A stretch of DNA of 63,908 bases, filler included, from Piptocephalis cylindrospora (taxonomy: Eukaryota), in assembly GCA_003614145.1 (NCBI GenBank). It is 3 parts of 3 records of this genome, joined end to end, with 100 filler letters (N's around TTAATTAATTAA, not from the genome) between each part and the next. Parts side by side here need not be neighbours in the genome. Positions count along the whole stretch, not along the records: positions 25,339 to 50,381 come from KZ987779.1; 2 more parts are not named here. One strand, written 5' to 3'. Below the pieces are notes generated by a model, which was not told where the DNA came from, made no database searches, and saw only the letters and a program-made list of their open reading frames with translations. Made by a program: the position numbers and the translations under genes. Positions 33,804 to 46,200 of this stretch are shown one piece after another (position 1 is the first letter of the stretch; each line of letters starts with the position of its first letter).

Positions 33804-34626
33804 TAAAACTATTATATTTTCCCCAGGTGGGGTAGGCTGATGGATATCCCAACGCAATACCCGCCCTTAAGCCGGCCTGCGTGGTACCAGGGACTAGGTT
33901 CCCGACGTGTACTCTATTCTGCAAGTACTCATGGATACTACAAACATCCAACATCCCATCCTTACCTAAAGGAATGTTCACCACCATGAGAATCTTTCGG
34001 TCAGATCAGGGGAACTGGGGATTTGGATGGGTATACCATCTTGATTAGCCCTCTGTGTTACTTTTTCAATCCTTAAATTGCATTTAAAGGATACATAGAT
34101 AAGACCTTTATATTTTCCCTCCGTGGGATAGGCGGATGGGCATCCGAACACTAAATTGAATTTAAAAGTCATCATCAACTTTATATTTTCCGTAAATAGT
34201 CTCGAAAACGTAACCGCAATCCAACAGGAACTAATCTTAAAAAACAAATCCTGCCTCATTAAGGAAAGATAGAGCTTACAGGCACTGTGTTCGGATGCCC
34301 ACTCGCCTACCCCACGGGGGAAAATAAAATGGTTTTATCATCAAAGATAATGTGTTTATTACTAAGACCAAGCTATTCCTTATATGCCGGTTATTTAGGT
34401 GGATAATGCCTGGATATTCCTCCCCTTGCCCTACTTGGAGGATATAATCGCACGTTTTGCATCACCGACAACATTGTATTGACAAAATCTAGTTTAGACA
34501 CCACCATATTCATTAATCAGGTGTAATATTTAGTGAAGCAAACATTGCTTGCCGGCCCAGGTGGGTAATGCGTTCGGATAATCTGTAGTCTGCCCCATGA
34601 GGGAGAATAAATCGGTTTATCATCAT
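33804..34626. repeat. Cluster of five copies of a 60-75 bp motif: two on minus (33804-33876, 34098-34152), three on plus (34284-34342, 34386-34464 degenerate, 34551-34626)
   Basis: Eye-aligned consensus GCCGGC-N3-8-RGGYGGGTAWTGYGTTCGGATRYCY-N3-CGCCTACCCCAC-N2-GGGRAAATAWAATGGTTTTATCATC, in an AT-rich intergenic region between convergent RIC8 and eIF4G. Confidence 0.85.
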
Positions 34627-34765
34627 CATTTTTGTTCACCATCACCTTTCCTCATTTCTCTTTTAAAAACATTGCAAGAATCAGGAAAAAATTAATCGCA
34701 AAAAAAGGTCTATTACATTCAACCAGCACCTCATCTTCCCTGACCACACACGCCAGCGAGGCAAA

Positions 34766-37700
34766 TCATCCAATCAACTCGTTTACCTCCTTCATCCCGG
34801 GCCCATCAACGCCCTTGCGGGAAGCCACGGTACGCCACTCTTGGAGGCTAGCCTTGTCAATGACTCCAGCTTCCTGAAGACGCTCAAGGAGCCGCTTAAG
34901 ATAGCCAGAGGGGAAGGAAAGCTCCTCGGCCAGAGCATAGACGGCCCAGACGGCCCCAACTTGAGGAACTCCGGCATCCCCAGCTCCAGGACCACGGACA
35001 AAATCATGAAGAACGGACTTGCCGTACACATTCACCAAAAGCTCGTGCTCCTTCTCGAGCAACTCAGGGGAAAGGTCCCCAGTAGATCCAGAAGTTAAGG
35101 TTCCCTTGCCGGAAAGGAGAAGGGTCTGAGAGGCGACGTACCGGACGACGACCGAGACAACTGACCTGCCAAACTCCAAGGTCTTGCGGGCCGGGTGGGA
35201 GGTGGAAAGTACGTCATTCACGGCCGCCAGAGTCTCCTGGGGATCGGCTCCCCGATAGACGGCCCTACGCAGGGGCGATAGAACGACAAGGTGAGGGGCT
35301 AGGGCCTCAAGGAGATCCTTCTTCTCTAGGTATTCGGCCACAGCCATGTCTCGTTCCAAAGCATCCTCATCCTTTCCTGAAGAGGAGGAGGGGAGAGGGC
35401 CCATTAGGTGACGAAGGTCTCCAAGTCCAGCGGCCTTGGCCTTGGCCCGGAGAACCTCGGGCTTCCCATCAGCTTCCTTTGCCTGAACCAAGAGGAAATA
35501 AGCGGTCATAAGCCGGAGAGCTGGGGGTTCCCGTTGGTGACCACCAGCCTCGACTAGTGGGGATACAAGACGGTTCATGGCCCCCACATTCAGACCCGAG
35601 TGGTAAGCCAGGGTGGCAAGAAGGGTGTAGATAGCAGGGACATCAAAGGCCGTGTCCTCTACAGCATCTACAGGCTTCCGGAAGGCTGCAGTTAGGGCAT
35701 CAGCCCCAAGACCAAGGCCAGCCTCAGTTCCGGTAATGTATCGAAGGACATGGGCGGCAGCCTCGACGTCAGGAAGCTTTCGCTCGACGGCCTCATTAAT
35801 CAGGCTGGTCATGGCTTCTACACCCCAATCGGCCGGGCCAATTTCCTTGATACATAGAGAAAGCTCATTTTGATCACGGACAGCCCACCATTCCTTCCAC
35901 ATTGAATCAATCTTGGTACGGGCCTGAGACTTGCTCATGACGGGGCCCGAGGAGGCTGAGACCCCAGAAGCAGAAACGGGGGCAGCGCCCGCAGTGGCTC
36001 CACGGGGCAGGAGCTTCAATCTGGGCCTGCTAGAGCCAGCGGAGGAGGGAGAGGAGCCACTCACTGCTGGGGAAGGAGAAGGAGAGCCGGGATCCCTACC
36101 ATCCGAATCGGATCTTTGTCCCAGGGACACAGTCCTTTCTGTGGGCCTCAGGGACGGGGGCATACTGGTCGTGGGAGTGCCACCCGAGGAGGAGGAGGAA
36201 GAAGAGGCAGAGAGGGCAGGAGGATGGGGAGCTCCAGAGCCTCCTTCCTTATCCGCTCCAGCACCCGAGCTAGAGGTTCCACTACCGCCGCTGTTCAACA
36301 GAGCGCTACAGAGGAAGGAAAGGAAAAAAGGATGAGAAGGCTGAAGAGAATGCAATACACCACCTTCTCAAACCCCCCTTTTTACATTAAGAACTTACTC
36401 AAATGGATTGGCAGACGTAGACTTGGAGGATGAACCTTCAGAGTCATCATTACCACGAGAGGAGAGGGAAGCCGAAGACTTCCAGCCCTTAGCCCCGCCG
36501 GAAAGGGCGTTAAACACACTGGGGGAAGCACTGCCCCCGGGACCAGAAGCGCCTCCAGGGGACATACCAGCTCCACCGGGAGTTCCTGGGGTGGAGGGAC
36601 GCATCTTGCCAAAGCCAGAGAGGTCACCGACCTTGTTGGGCATCATACCACCTCGACCGCCAGAACCACCACTCCCGGGGGGACCTTGACCCGATACGGA
36701 TTGCCATCCATCCTGATCCCTGCTTCCACCGCCTCCACCGCCGCGACGTCCTCCACGGCCACCATGGTGCTGATCCCGCATAGAGGGCATGCCAGACCGG
36801 CCTGAGGAATGACGACCGCCCCGATGATGCTGTTCACGATCGCGCTCGCGTTCCCGATCTGCCTCGGCCTTGTCCTTGCGGGCATCGTCGTGGATCTGGG
36901 CAATGGTCTTGGGACCAGTCTGCTCCCGACGATTATGCCAGCCATTGGACCGGAGTTCCAGGAGGTCAACAAGCATGAAACGGATACGGGAGGAGAGCTT
37001 ATCAGACTGGGAAAGCTCGCGGATCCGACCAAAGTACACGTCCATAAAGTGACGGGCCTCGGGTCGATCGAGCTTGGAACCGACGGTGGTAAGGAGTTTG
37101 GACATACTTTCAGCCTCCTCCTCCTCTGGCTCGGACATGTTGGATAGGAGTTGGCGGACACACTCGTGCATGATCTTCTCCGTCAGCATATCAAGCTTGA
37201 AGAGCTCACCAATAAACTTCACCAAACCAAGACCTCGGCGCTTAATCTTCATGGCCTCGTAGTACTCATCGGACATGAGTTGCTCGGCTCCGGAATTCTC
37301 AGGCATGGAAACCTTCCAGCCCTTGACGTACTCAGACTGGCATCGGGTCAGAAGATACTTACGGAAGAGGGCACCACCGGCAACCACCTTACCATCCCGA
37401 GTACGAAGATTCTCATCCCGGACTTCGGGATCAATGCGTTGGAGCATCCTGTGGGCAAGTTGGGCGTAAAGGTTGGAGAAATTGGGCTCATCAGTGGCCT
37501 TTTCGAAGAGAAGTTGAATGACGAGCTGAAGGGTAGTCCCGTCAGTCTCCTCGGTGGATTGATTGGCGTACTCCAGGATCTTGCCGGAAAGAGACTCGAA
37601 CTTCTCCAGAGTGAGCTTGTTAAGAAGACCCTTGACCTTCTTGGTGATAATCTCGGGGGAATCACGGGGAGGAGCATCGGCGGGCTTCTCAATGGATTCG

Positions 37701-40700
37701 GGCTTCCAGCGGTTGGTGGAGCACTCGAGAGGCTTGACGTCCTCGAGAGCAATGGTGGGACCACCATGTTGATTAGGATGGCCATGAGAACCGTCCTTAC
37801 GGCCCGAGTGACCACCACCCCGACCACCCTTCCCGCCCTTCCCACGACCGCCGGAGCCTACGCGCTTAAAGTCACCAGAGCCCAGGGGGCCAGTACCACC
37901 AAGGGAACTGACACCTCCGGATCCGGAGAAAGTACGACCAAGCGAGGTAGTGGCACCACCGGCGCCCATAGAGAGGCGGAAGCGTTCCTCGGAGGAGAGC
38001 TTACCGGCCATGCCACCAAGCCCACCACCAAGGGTGCCCAGACCCCCGGGACCCATGGAGTGCCTACTACCCCCACCTCGCCCACGTCCTCCACTACCGG
38101 ACCGGGACATTCCACCGCCACCACCTCCAGAGGCCATATCCTCCAGGACTCCTTCCTCCATACCAAATGGCTTGTCTCGGCACACGGGCATGAACTTCAT
38201 GAGGAAAGAACGGTCGTACTTGAGCTTGACATCCCCTCCATCACCATGCTCCGAGGAGGAGGTAGAAGAGGAGGAGGCGGAAGTAGCGCCGGACTCGGCC
38301 CGGAAGGGGGAAGTGACACCCTCGGGATATTTGACCCCAGCCAACTTGTCCAAATTCCGAAGGGGAACCGGGGAAGAGTGACCCTCCTCGGCCCTAGATG
38401 GGGTGGAGGGAGGGGCACCGGCAGTGGAGCCTGAGGGGTTGGCAGAAGAGCCAGTGGCGGAGGAGCCTAGAGAGGGAACAGCTCCAGCACCAGCCCCACC
38501 CAGGGCAGCCTGGGCAGGGGCGGTGGAGGACCTGGACATCTCGAGACCTGGGGGAAGACGTAGCATACCACCGGTGGAACCGCTGCTGCTACCCGAGGGG
38601 GTAAGACCGGGGGGACCGGGAAGACCGGGGGGAGGACCCTGGAGGGAGCCCTTACGGTCAAAGGAGGAGGAAGCGGCACTGGAAGGAGGAGAAAGCCTGT
38701 GGATAGGAGACTTGGACCGCTCGGTCGAAGGGGATGAGTGAAGACCGGGAGGGGCCAATCCGGGGGGACCGCCCATGGACATGGAGGTACGCAGGCTGGG
38801 GGAGGGGGAGACAGTGGTAGTGGGCATGATAGTTTCCTGCTCCTTCTTAGCATCAGTCTCCTCCTTGGCCTTTTTGGCAGCAGCCTCCTCAACCTTTCTC
38901 TTGGCCTCGGCCTCTTCGGCCTTCTTCCTTTCGGCCTCTTCTTCAGCCTTCTTCTTAGCCTCAGCCTCTTCGGCCTTCTTCTTAGCCTCAGCCTCTTCTT
39001 CAGCCTTCTTCTTGGCTTCGGCCTCTTCGGCCTTCTTCCTTTCGGCCTCTTCTTCAGCCTTCTTCTTAGCCTCAGCCTCTTCGGCCTTCTTCTTAGCCTC
39101 AGCCTCTTCTTCAGCCTTCTTCTTGGCTTCGGCCTCTTCGGCCTTCTTCCTTTCGGCCTCTTCTTCAGCCTTCTTCTTAGCCTCAGCCTCTTCGGCCTTC
39201 TTCTTCTCAGCCTCTTCTTCAGCCTTCCTCTTGGCCTCAGCCTCCTCAGCCTTCTTCTTCTCGGCCTCTTCCTTCTCAATATCCTCCTCCTCAGCCTTAC
39301 CTGCGTCACTTACAGCAGAAGTGGGGGTAGAAGGATTGGAGAGACGACCAGCCTGGAGAGCCTGACCTGTAGAGGGATTGACAATAGGGATGGCCTTGCT
39401 GATGGACCCAATCCGACGGTGGGAAAATCCGGGCTCCTCCCCGGAAGCAGAGGGGGAAGAGGAGGAGGGAGAGGAAGGATCAGTAGCCTCAAGGGTCATG
39501 GACCTAGGGGTAGTAGGGGTAGTGGGGAGAGATCCAGCCTGGGAATCAGAACCCTTACCACCCACAATGGTGGGTCCAGCTCGGGGAGAAGATCCGGTCC
39601 ATTGAGGGGTGAGGACCTGACCAGTATGGGGATTGACAATACGGGCGGCCCGGGACCCGCGGCCGCTTGGGGGCTGGAAGGAGGAGGCCGCCGGGGAGGT
39701 GAGGGCGGGGGCCCTAGGGGAGGCACTGCCAGTAGCGGAGATGGAGGGAGAGGCCGGGGTGCTCCCCATACCATCGGAGCCCATATGAGGGGAGCCGGGA
39801 GGGGGAACAACGGGACCGGGGATACCCACACCACCGAGGGAGCCACGGTGATGGTGACCCATCATGGGGGAGGGATGGCCAGGACCAAGGGCAGGGGAGG
39901 TTGCGGAAGCTGGACCTCCTGAGGTCATGGGGGCCATCATGGGGGAGCCATTTCCGGGGACGGCGCTAGCAGCGGCAGCAGCCCTCTGTTGGACGGCAGC
40001 AGCGTAGGCTTGCTGCTGATGCTGATGTTGTTGAGCTTGAGCCTGAACCTGCTGTTGCTGAGCGGCCATGGCCATGAGAGCTGCCATGTACTGCTGCTGA
40101 GCCTGTTGGGCCTGCTGGGCATGGGCCTGGTGTTGAGCATGAGCTTGATGTTGAGCCTGCTGAGCGTAATACTGCTGGAGATAGTATTGCTGGGCCAAGT
40201 AATTAGCGGTGGTCTGGGAATCGTAGCCGGGAGCTTGACGATTCTGACCTCCGGTAGCCTGAAAGTGCTGGGATTGCTGTTGTTGCCACATGGCCATGTT
40301 GGCAGCCATCTGAGGAGAGCTCATGCCAGCAGCAGCAGCGGCAGCCGCCATGGCGGCCGAGGTCATGGGATATCCTTGAGGTCCGAGACCCGAGGGGGAG
40401 GTAGCGGATACGCTGGGGGACTGAGCAGGATTGGGCGAAGGGGCCGTGGTGGCGGCGGTAGATGAGGCAGGGGTAGGGATGGCGGTGGCGATGAGAGGGG
40501 GATTCATGGCGGCGGCGGCGGCGGCGGCGGTGGAGGAGGAGGCAGCAGCTACCGAGGCCGTGGGAGCAGGGACAGAGGAAGTAGAGCTGGACAGAGCGGG
40601 GGCTGCCTTTGCCTTGGAGGAAGTAGAGGCCACAGGGGAGGATGTAGTGGAGGCCTTAGTGGAGGCCTCGGAGATCTTGGCGCCAGCGGGGGCAACAGGG

Positions 40701-41805
40701 ACCTCGGCGGTGGAGGAGGCAATGGACTGGATGGGCTTGCTCCAAGCATTATCCGGACCTAGGATTTTAGAGATATCCTTAGGAGCAGGGGTAGAGGTAG
40801 CCTTGGTATCTGTGCCCTTCTTCTCCTCTAAGGGGACGTCAGCCTCTACGGATGAGGCTGTAGAAGCCGACCGTGATCGGGAAGTGGGAGGCTGAGTACG
40901 TCCGATTCCACCAGTTTTTCCCTGAGCCTTCTAGGAAGAAAGAGGAAGGGGGGATGAGTAATGTTCCAGATGGGTGATGATGATTTACCCCATTTTCATC
41001 CCAAATCCGTGTTGATTCCTCTATTCAACTTACCCCACGGGGTTGGCCAGCCTGAGGAGCTGATCCCTTGCTCGCACCACCACCAGAGACAATGGAGGCC
41101 ATAGAAGGGCCGGCAGCAGGGCCGCCCTTTCCGATCGAACCAAACTGAATGCCTAATTGGGGAAAAGAATGAGCAAGGCGTCAAGGTTATGGATGACCAT
41201 GACGCGAGAGAAGGGTCTCCCTTACCTTTACCGGTCGGCCCCGTTGACTTGGTGCCAGCACCAGAGGAGGAAGCAGGGACGCTGGCGCTTGCCATGGGAG
41301 GGGAGGAGGAAGAAGAGGAGGGTGAGTGGGGGAATCGTCGACCAGTCCGAGTCTCACGACCATTGGTAGGGCTAACGCTTCCAGGAGAGTTGGCGCCGGA
41401 TCCGGGCTGGGAGGAGGGGAGAGGGGAGGTGGCAGCAGCAGCAGCAGCGGCAGCACGCTGGGCAGCAGCGGCAGCCCGAGCAGCATAATTCATCTGAGCT
41501 CCGGGAGCCGAGGTCTGAGGGACGACCTTGGGTGTGGGCCCTGAAGAGGTGGGGGTCTTGGGGCCTGATGCCGTTGAGGATGCCTTTTGTGTGGAAGAGG
41601 AGGAGGAGGTAGTGGAGGAGGAGAGGGCGGGGGTCGGGGTAGGGGAGGAAGAAGGTGAGGCTGAGGAGGAGCCGGGGGCAGATCCCGAGGGAGTCCCCGA
41701 GGCCGAGGAGGCCCCGGAGGAAACAGCCGGGGGAGCCTGTTTAGCAATGTTGGCGTAGGAGAAGACAGGGGCCTTCTCCGAGGGGCCGGTTGAACGACGG
41801 CTCAT
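34766..41805 (-). CDS. TIF4631: Eukaryotic translation initiation factor 4G (4 exons), with MIF4G and C-terminal MA3-like and W2-like domains
   Basis: FSYANIAK start, IQFGSI motif, eIF4E-binding YDRSFLM (YxxxxL-phi), MIF4G KKVKGLLNKLTLEKF...FIGELFKLDMLTEKIMHECV...SRIRFML. Introns about 41227-41155, 41031-40931 and 36396-36307. Confidence 0.93.
38900..39270 (-). repeat. Coding tandem repeat (KKKAEEAEA-type; about 111-bp higher-order period) within eIF4G
   Basis: Near-identical nucleotide units encoding KKKAEEEAERKKAEEAEAKKKAEEEAEAKKKAEEAEA repeated about 2.7 times plus flanking degenerate units. Confidence 0.9.
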
Positions 41806-42312
41806 GCTTTACACCACGAAGGAGGAAGAAGAGAGAGAAAGGGGTTCGTCTGGGGACCACGGATGAGAAGTATTGGTCACCGTTGGCTAATCTGGAAGAG
41901 GTTACAGAAGTCGTCAGGGAAGATCGGGAGGACGTCTGGAGTAAAGAGAGAAGAAGAAAGGGAGGGTCTCGGGGAGCTACACGGGTGGAGCGCGAGAGGA
42001 TCACCGGGGGGAAAGGGTGAGTGATCTGTGTCTGGAGAGGGGGATTGAAGCACGCTTCACACTTCAAAGGAAGGATGGGATGAGTGGATGGGAGGAAGGG
42101 GGTTGGTCAAGCTGGCAGTGGGCGTCTCGGCGTTATCGGGTAACGTGAAGAGCACAGACTGCGGCAAGGAGGAAGAGGGGGAGGAAGGGGGGAAAGGATG
42201 GATGGATGGATGGATGGGAAAAAGGGAGAAAAAGGCGGATCCCTAAGCGAGGCGTAGGGATCAAACGGATTTACTGGAAGGCTGGATGGGCCCGTTTAAA
42301 GGAGCCGAGCAC

Positions 42313-42411
42313 GGGGCGGGGCGGGGCGGGCGGGCTGGGTCTGGGCTGGGCTGGGCTGGGCTGGGGCTGGGCGCAGCGGGATGGGGGGGGGGGGGGAGGG
42401 GGGAGAGGGGG
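42313..42411. promoter_or_regulatory. GC-box / (GGGCT)n / poly-G tract upstream of eIF4G
   Basis: GGGGCGGGGCGGGGCGGGCGGG, about 6 GGGCT units and a G14 run, about 500 nt upstream of the eIF4G ATG. Function is inferred from position only. Confidence 0.4.
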
Positions 42412-43273
42412 TTTTCAGTATGGTGAGATGAGTCAGTAGGGGCCATAGGCAGGGCTAAACACACACACCCGCACGCAAGCACACGTACACTGGTGAATAA
42501 TAACACTCACAGGCTATGATACTCATCGTGATCCCTACTGGTTCCGTGTAGGGCAGGAGGGTTTTGTGGGCGGAAGGAGATTGGCAGGGTAAAGGGTGAA
42601 GTAGTCATGACTGGTTGGAGTGGGAAAATGGACAGCTCGGGCGGAAGGCTATATGGTCCACACATATTTGAGCAGCATATCTCAGTATGCCGCCAGGCTC
42701 TCTCGGGCGAACCTTCAGCTGAAATGTATATACTATTTTTTGATCTACCCAGCAATACTCAACCGACATGTCCGTGTGCATGAAGTGATAACCGGATCGG
42801 AAAGGCGGGAGGCAAGGGGGAAGGAGATGCTAATCTCACAGATAGGGGGCCCTCGCCGGCCCATTCAAGGATACAGGGAAAGGGAATGGTAGAGGGAAAG
42901 AAAGAGAAGAAAGAGAAGAAAGAGAAGAAAGAGAAATGAAAGAAATGAAAGGAGAGACGGTTGGTTTTCAAGGATAGACGGAATGGTTGATTTGAATGAT
43001 AAACGTCATTTGATCAGATTCATCCTGGTAGTGTTTGGAGATAAGATAGAGCAGATGAGGCAAGCGTGTGGGAGAGATCAGCTTTCTCTATCCAAGGCCA
43101 TGAATCTCTCTTCCCGCCCTCTAACAAATACATATCCATGTTCCCTCACTGAGAATTTAGGACAATCGATGAAGGGGTTGGAATAACAGAGAAATAATTT
43201 CTTTCCATCCACGCTCATACCCACACTCACACTCACACACACCCACGCTTTCCCGTGCCCACGCAGATAACCA

Positions 43274-46200
43274 CTACCCACGAGGCTTCTCCAAGGTCGT
43301 GTCGTACGCGCGAATCAACTTCTCCTCTCCTTCATCATTCTGAGAAAAGGCATACCCACGGTTCCTCTTCATCCTCTGAATCATCCGAACTTTATGCACG
43401 GCATTACGGAACCTTTCCATACGTGGACGGTAATCGGGAATATTGTACTTCTGGATCTCCTGGATATAGTGATATGCCCTGGGGAGGTACATACGCTTGG
43501 CAAACTTCCAGGCGTAATCTCGGAGAAGACAGAAGATGGGGGTGACGATGATGAAGAGCCAGAAAATACGAGATCCGTACAGGACGGGGACAAGCCCATC
43601 GTACTCGGTGGCCACCCCACCCATGGGGGCCAGGATGCCAAAGATGACGAAAAAGACCATCCAGAAGAGGAAAGAGCCGGGAATGGCCATCCAAGAGGGC
43701 TTGGTCCAATGGTCCGTCACTAATGCCGCCTTGAGGAGGACGGTGAGTACAACGGCCGTGTATAGGGTAGTGCCGAAGAACCAGTGTCCGGCCGTCCTCC
43801 CTGATGTCAGGATAAAGTCTCCATCGCCAAAGAGGGCCACAGCGGCAAAGAAGAGGATAAGAGAATGGGCAAAGCCATTGATGGCCCAGGCCCAGAAGGT
43901 TCGTACGTTAAAGAATTCACTCTTTTGCCCCAGGACATACAGCTCTGGGTATCGATCCAACATCCTGGCTGAAAGGTACTGATCAAAGATCCCGATGACC
44001 AAGGGGGGCAAGACAGTCAGGAGGACATTATAAGCAGAGATGGTCCAACTTTCGTAGATGACCTGACCTGAGAATCCATTGTAGAAGGAGAACTAAGAGG
44101 TTTGCGGGTGTGAGGGGAGATAGATTGGTGGTGAGAGATTACCCACCTAACCGCACATCCCATCCCATCCCATCCAGCTAACTTACCCAGAACTGAGTCA
44201 TGTACAGACAAATATTCTTGTAAAAGGAATAGAGAATCAGCTTGCTCAACCGATGATAACTCCAGGCCCCATGGACGAGGAGAAGCTTGCGTAGGAAGCG
44301 GAATTGACCAATGGCAAAGTCAGCAGCCCTAGCAGCCTGCATTCCCTCCATTCCGGCGATACCCACGCCCACATGGGCCGCTTGAATCATGCTGACATCA
44401 TTGGCCCCGTCACCAATGGCGAGGAGAATGGCCTTTTTGTGCTTCTTGACCAGCTTGACCACCAGGGCCTTCTGAAGAGGTGAGACACGGCAGCACACAA
44501 CGGCCTTGCACATACAAGCCAGTTCGAGGAAGAGAAGCTCAATGTCCTTTTCCAGCGCAAATTTGAGGGTGTGTCCATCGATGATGAGGGCCAGGGGCTC
44601 GGTGGCTGGGGCGGCGGAGCCCCCGGGGCCATCCCCGGCCCCGGGACCATCTCCACCAGCCGGACCGGAAAGGCCAGATCGGGAGGGACGGAGGAGGGAG
44701 AGCTTCTTTTCCAGAAAATCCTTAGTCTCCCAGTGGGAATCCTCATTACAGATCATGAGGGACATATCCTCCTGAAGGAGCTTACAGCTGTAGCCAATAT
44801 TAATGGCCGTCTCCTGCCGATCCCCGGTCAGGACCCACATCTTAATGGAGGCCTGAGCCAAGGTGTGAATGGTCTCTGGGACACCTTCCTGCAATTTATC
44901 CTCGACGGCCGTGGCTCCTAAAAGGAAGAGATCCTTCTCGATGAGCTCGGCCACCCGATCCAACTCGTCGGCCCGATCATTCATGCTGATGGAGGCCTTG
45001 TGATGAAGAGCAGACCACTGCTCATACTCGGGCTCCGGGATCTCCCGGACGGCGAGACACAGAGTTCGAAGGCCCTCGGTGGCGTACTCTTCCAGGTGCC
45101 GGAGAGTAGCGTCGACAAAAGGATTGTTCTGGGCCAGACGCTCCAGGATGACGGTATCAGCGCCCTTACAATAGACCCGGACCTTCCCATCGGGGCATCG
45201 AACAACGGCGGACATGCGCTTACGAGTGGAATTAAACTCGCAAATCTGGAGGATCTCATAAGTCTCTTCCTCTACCCGTCCATCTGGTTTAGTCACCTCC
45301 AAACTAACTGTCCGGGGCTTCCGGGTGATGAAGCGGTATCCAAGTCCAGCAGCCCCGGCCACCAGGGCGGCCTCATCGGGCGAGGAGGCTTGGTAGGTGA
45401 TCTCACTATTATCACCTTTTCGTTCGGGGATGACGGTGTGACAGACGGCGAGGAGGATGAGGAATTCATCGATGACACGGTGAGAGGCGTGGGCCCCACC
45501 GAGATGATCCCGAAGTTTCAAAAAGTCATAGACTCCCACAACTTCGCCATCCACCTCCCGGGCCTTACGAGACGAGTCCACGGTCTCGGCGTAGGGGAGA
45601 CCGGCGATGGAGCACTCGCGGAACTCCATGATGTTCCGAGTAAGGGTGCCGGTCTTATCGGTGAAGATGTATTCGATCTGCCCGAGCTCCTCGACGAGCG
45701 AGGAGGTCCTGGCCAGAGCAGGGGTATCGGTGGGCTCGTAATACATGTCGAGATCCGAATTGATGAGGGCGGATTGCTGGAACTTGACAACTTCCATGGT
45801 GACGATCAGGGAGATGGGGATGAGGTTATTGAAAAGGATAATGAAAGTGAGGATGTTGCCGAGAAAGTCAAGAAAGTTGGATCCCAGGAGGGTATAGCGC
45901 AATTCACTGGCCTTGTGAACCTGAAGGTAGTAGGCTCCGGCGGCACAACTGACAGAAAGGATGATGAGGAGGGCAAAGAGGAAAAGGATCTGGACATTGG
46001 TCATGCGCTCAACACTTGTCCGCTTGATGGGGGTAGCAGCGGCATTCCTCATGAGCTTAGTCTCATGGCCCGTGTAGATGACCAGACCGTAGACCCAAGT
46101 GGTGTTACGAAGGACGGCACCACGTAGGAGGATCTGTTGGGGATCCAGGGGAAGTTCCTCAATCCCCCCGTCAGGTTGAAGCCTTCGAAGGGTCCCCTCA

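Noticed and set aside
33745..34259. ORFs 33745-33987 and 33978-34259 sharing SAYPT.GKY as real genes
   Set aside because: The shared peptide comes from the DNA motif; other copies carry stops or indels in that frame.
33804..34626. CRISPR-like array or tRNA-derived interpretation of the motif cluster
   Set aside because: Eukaryotic context, mixed orientations, irregular spacing and no cas genes; the A-box-like and B-box-like (GTTCGGAT) pieces are too close together and no cloverleaf forms.
37151..39922. Long plus-strand ORFs (427 aa, 394 aa) opposite eIF4G, and 45000-46127 opposite DRS2
   Set aside because: Antisense shadows of GC3-rich, repetitive coding sequence.
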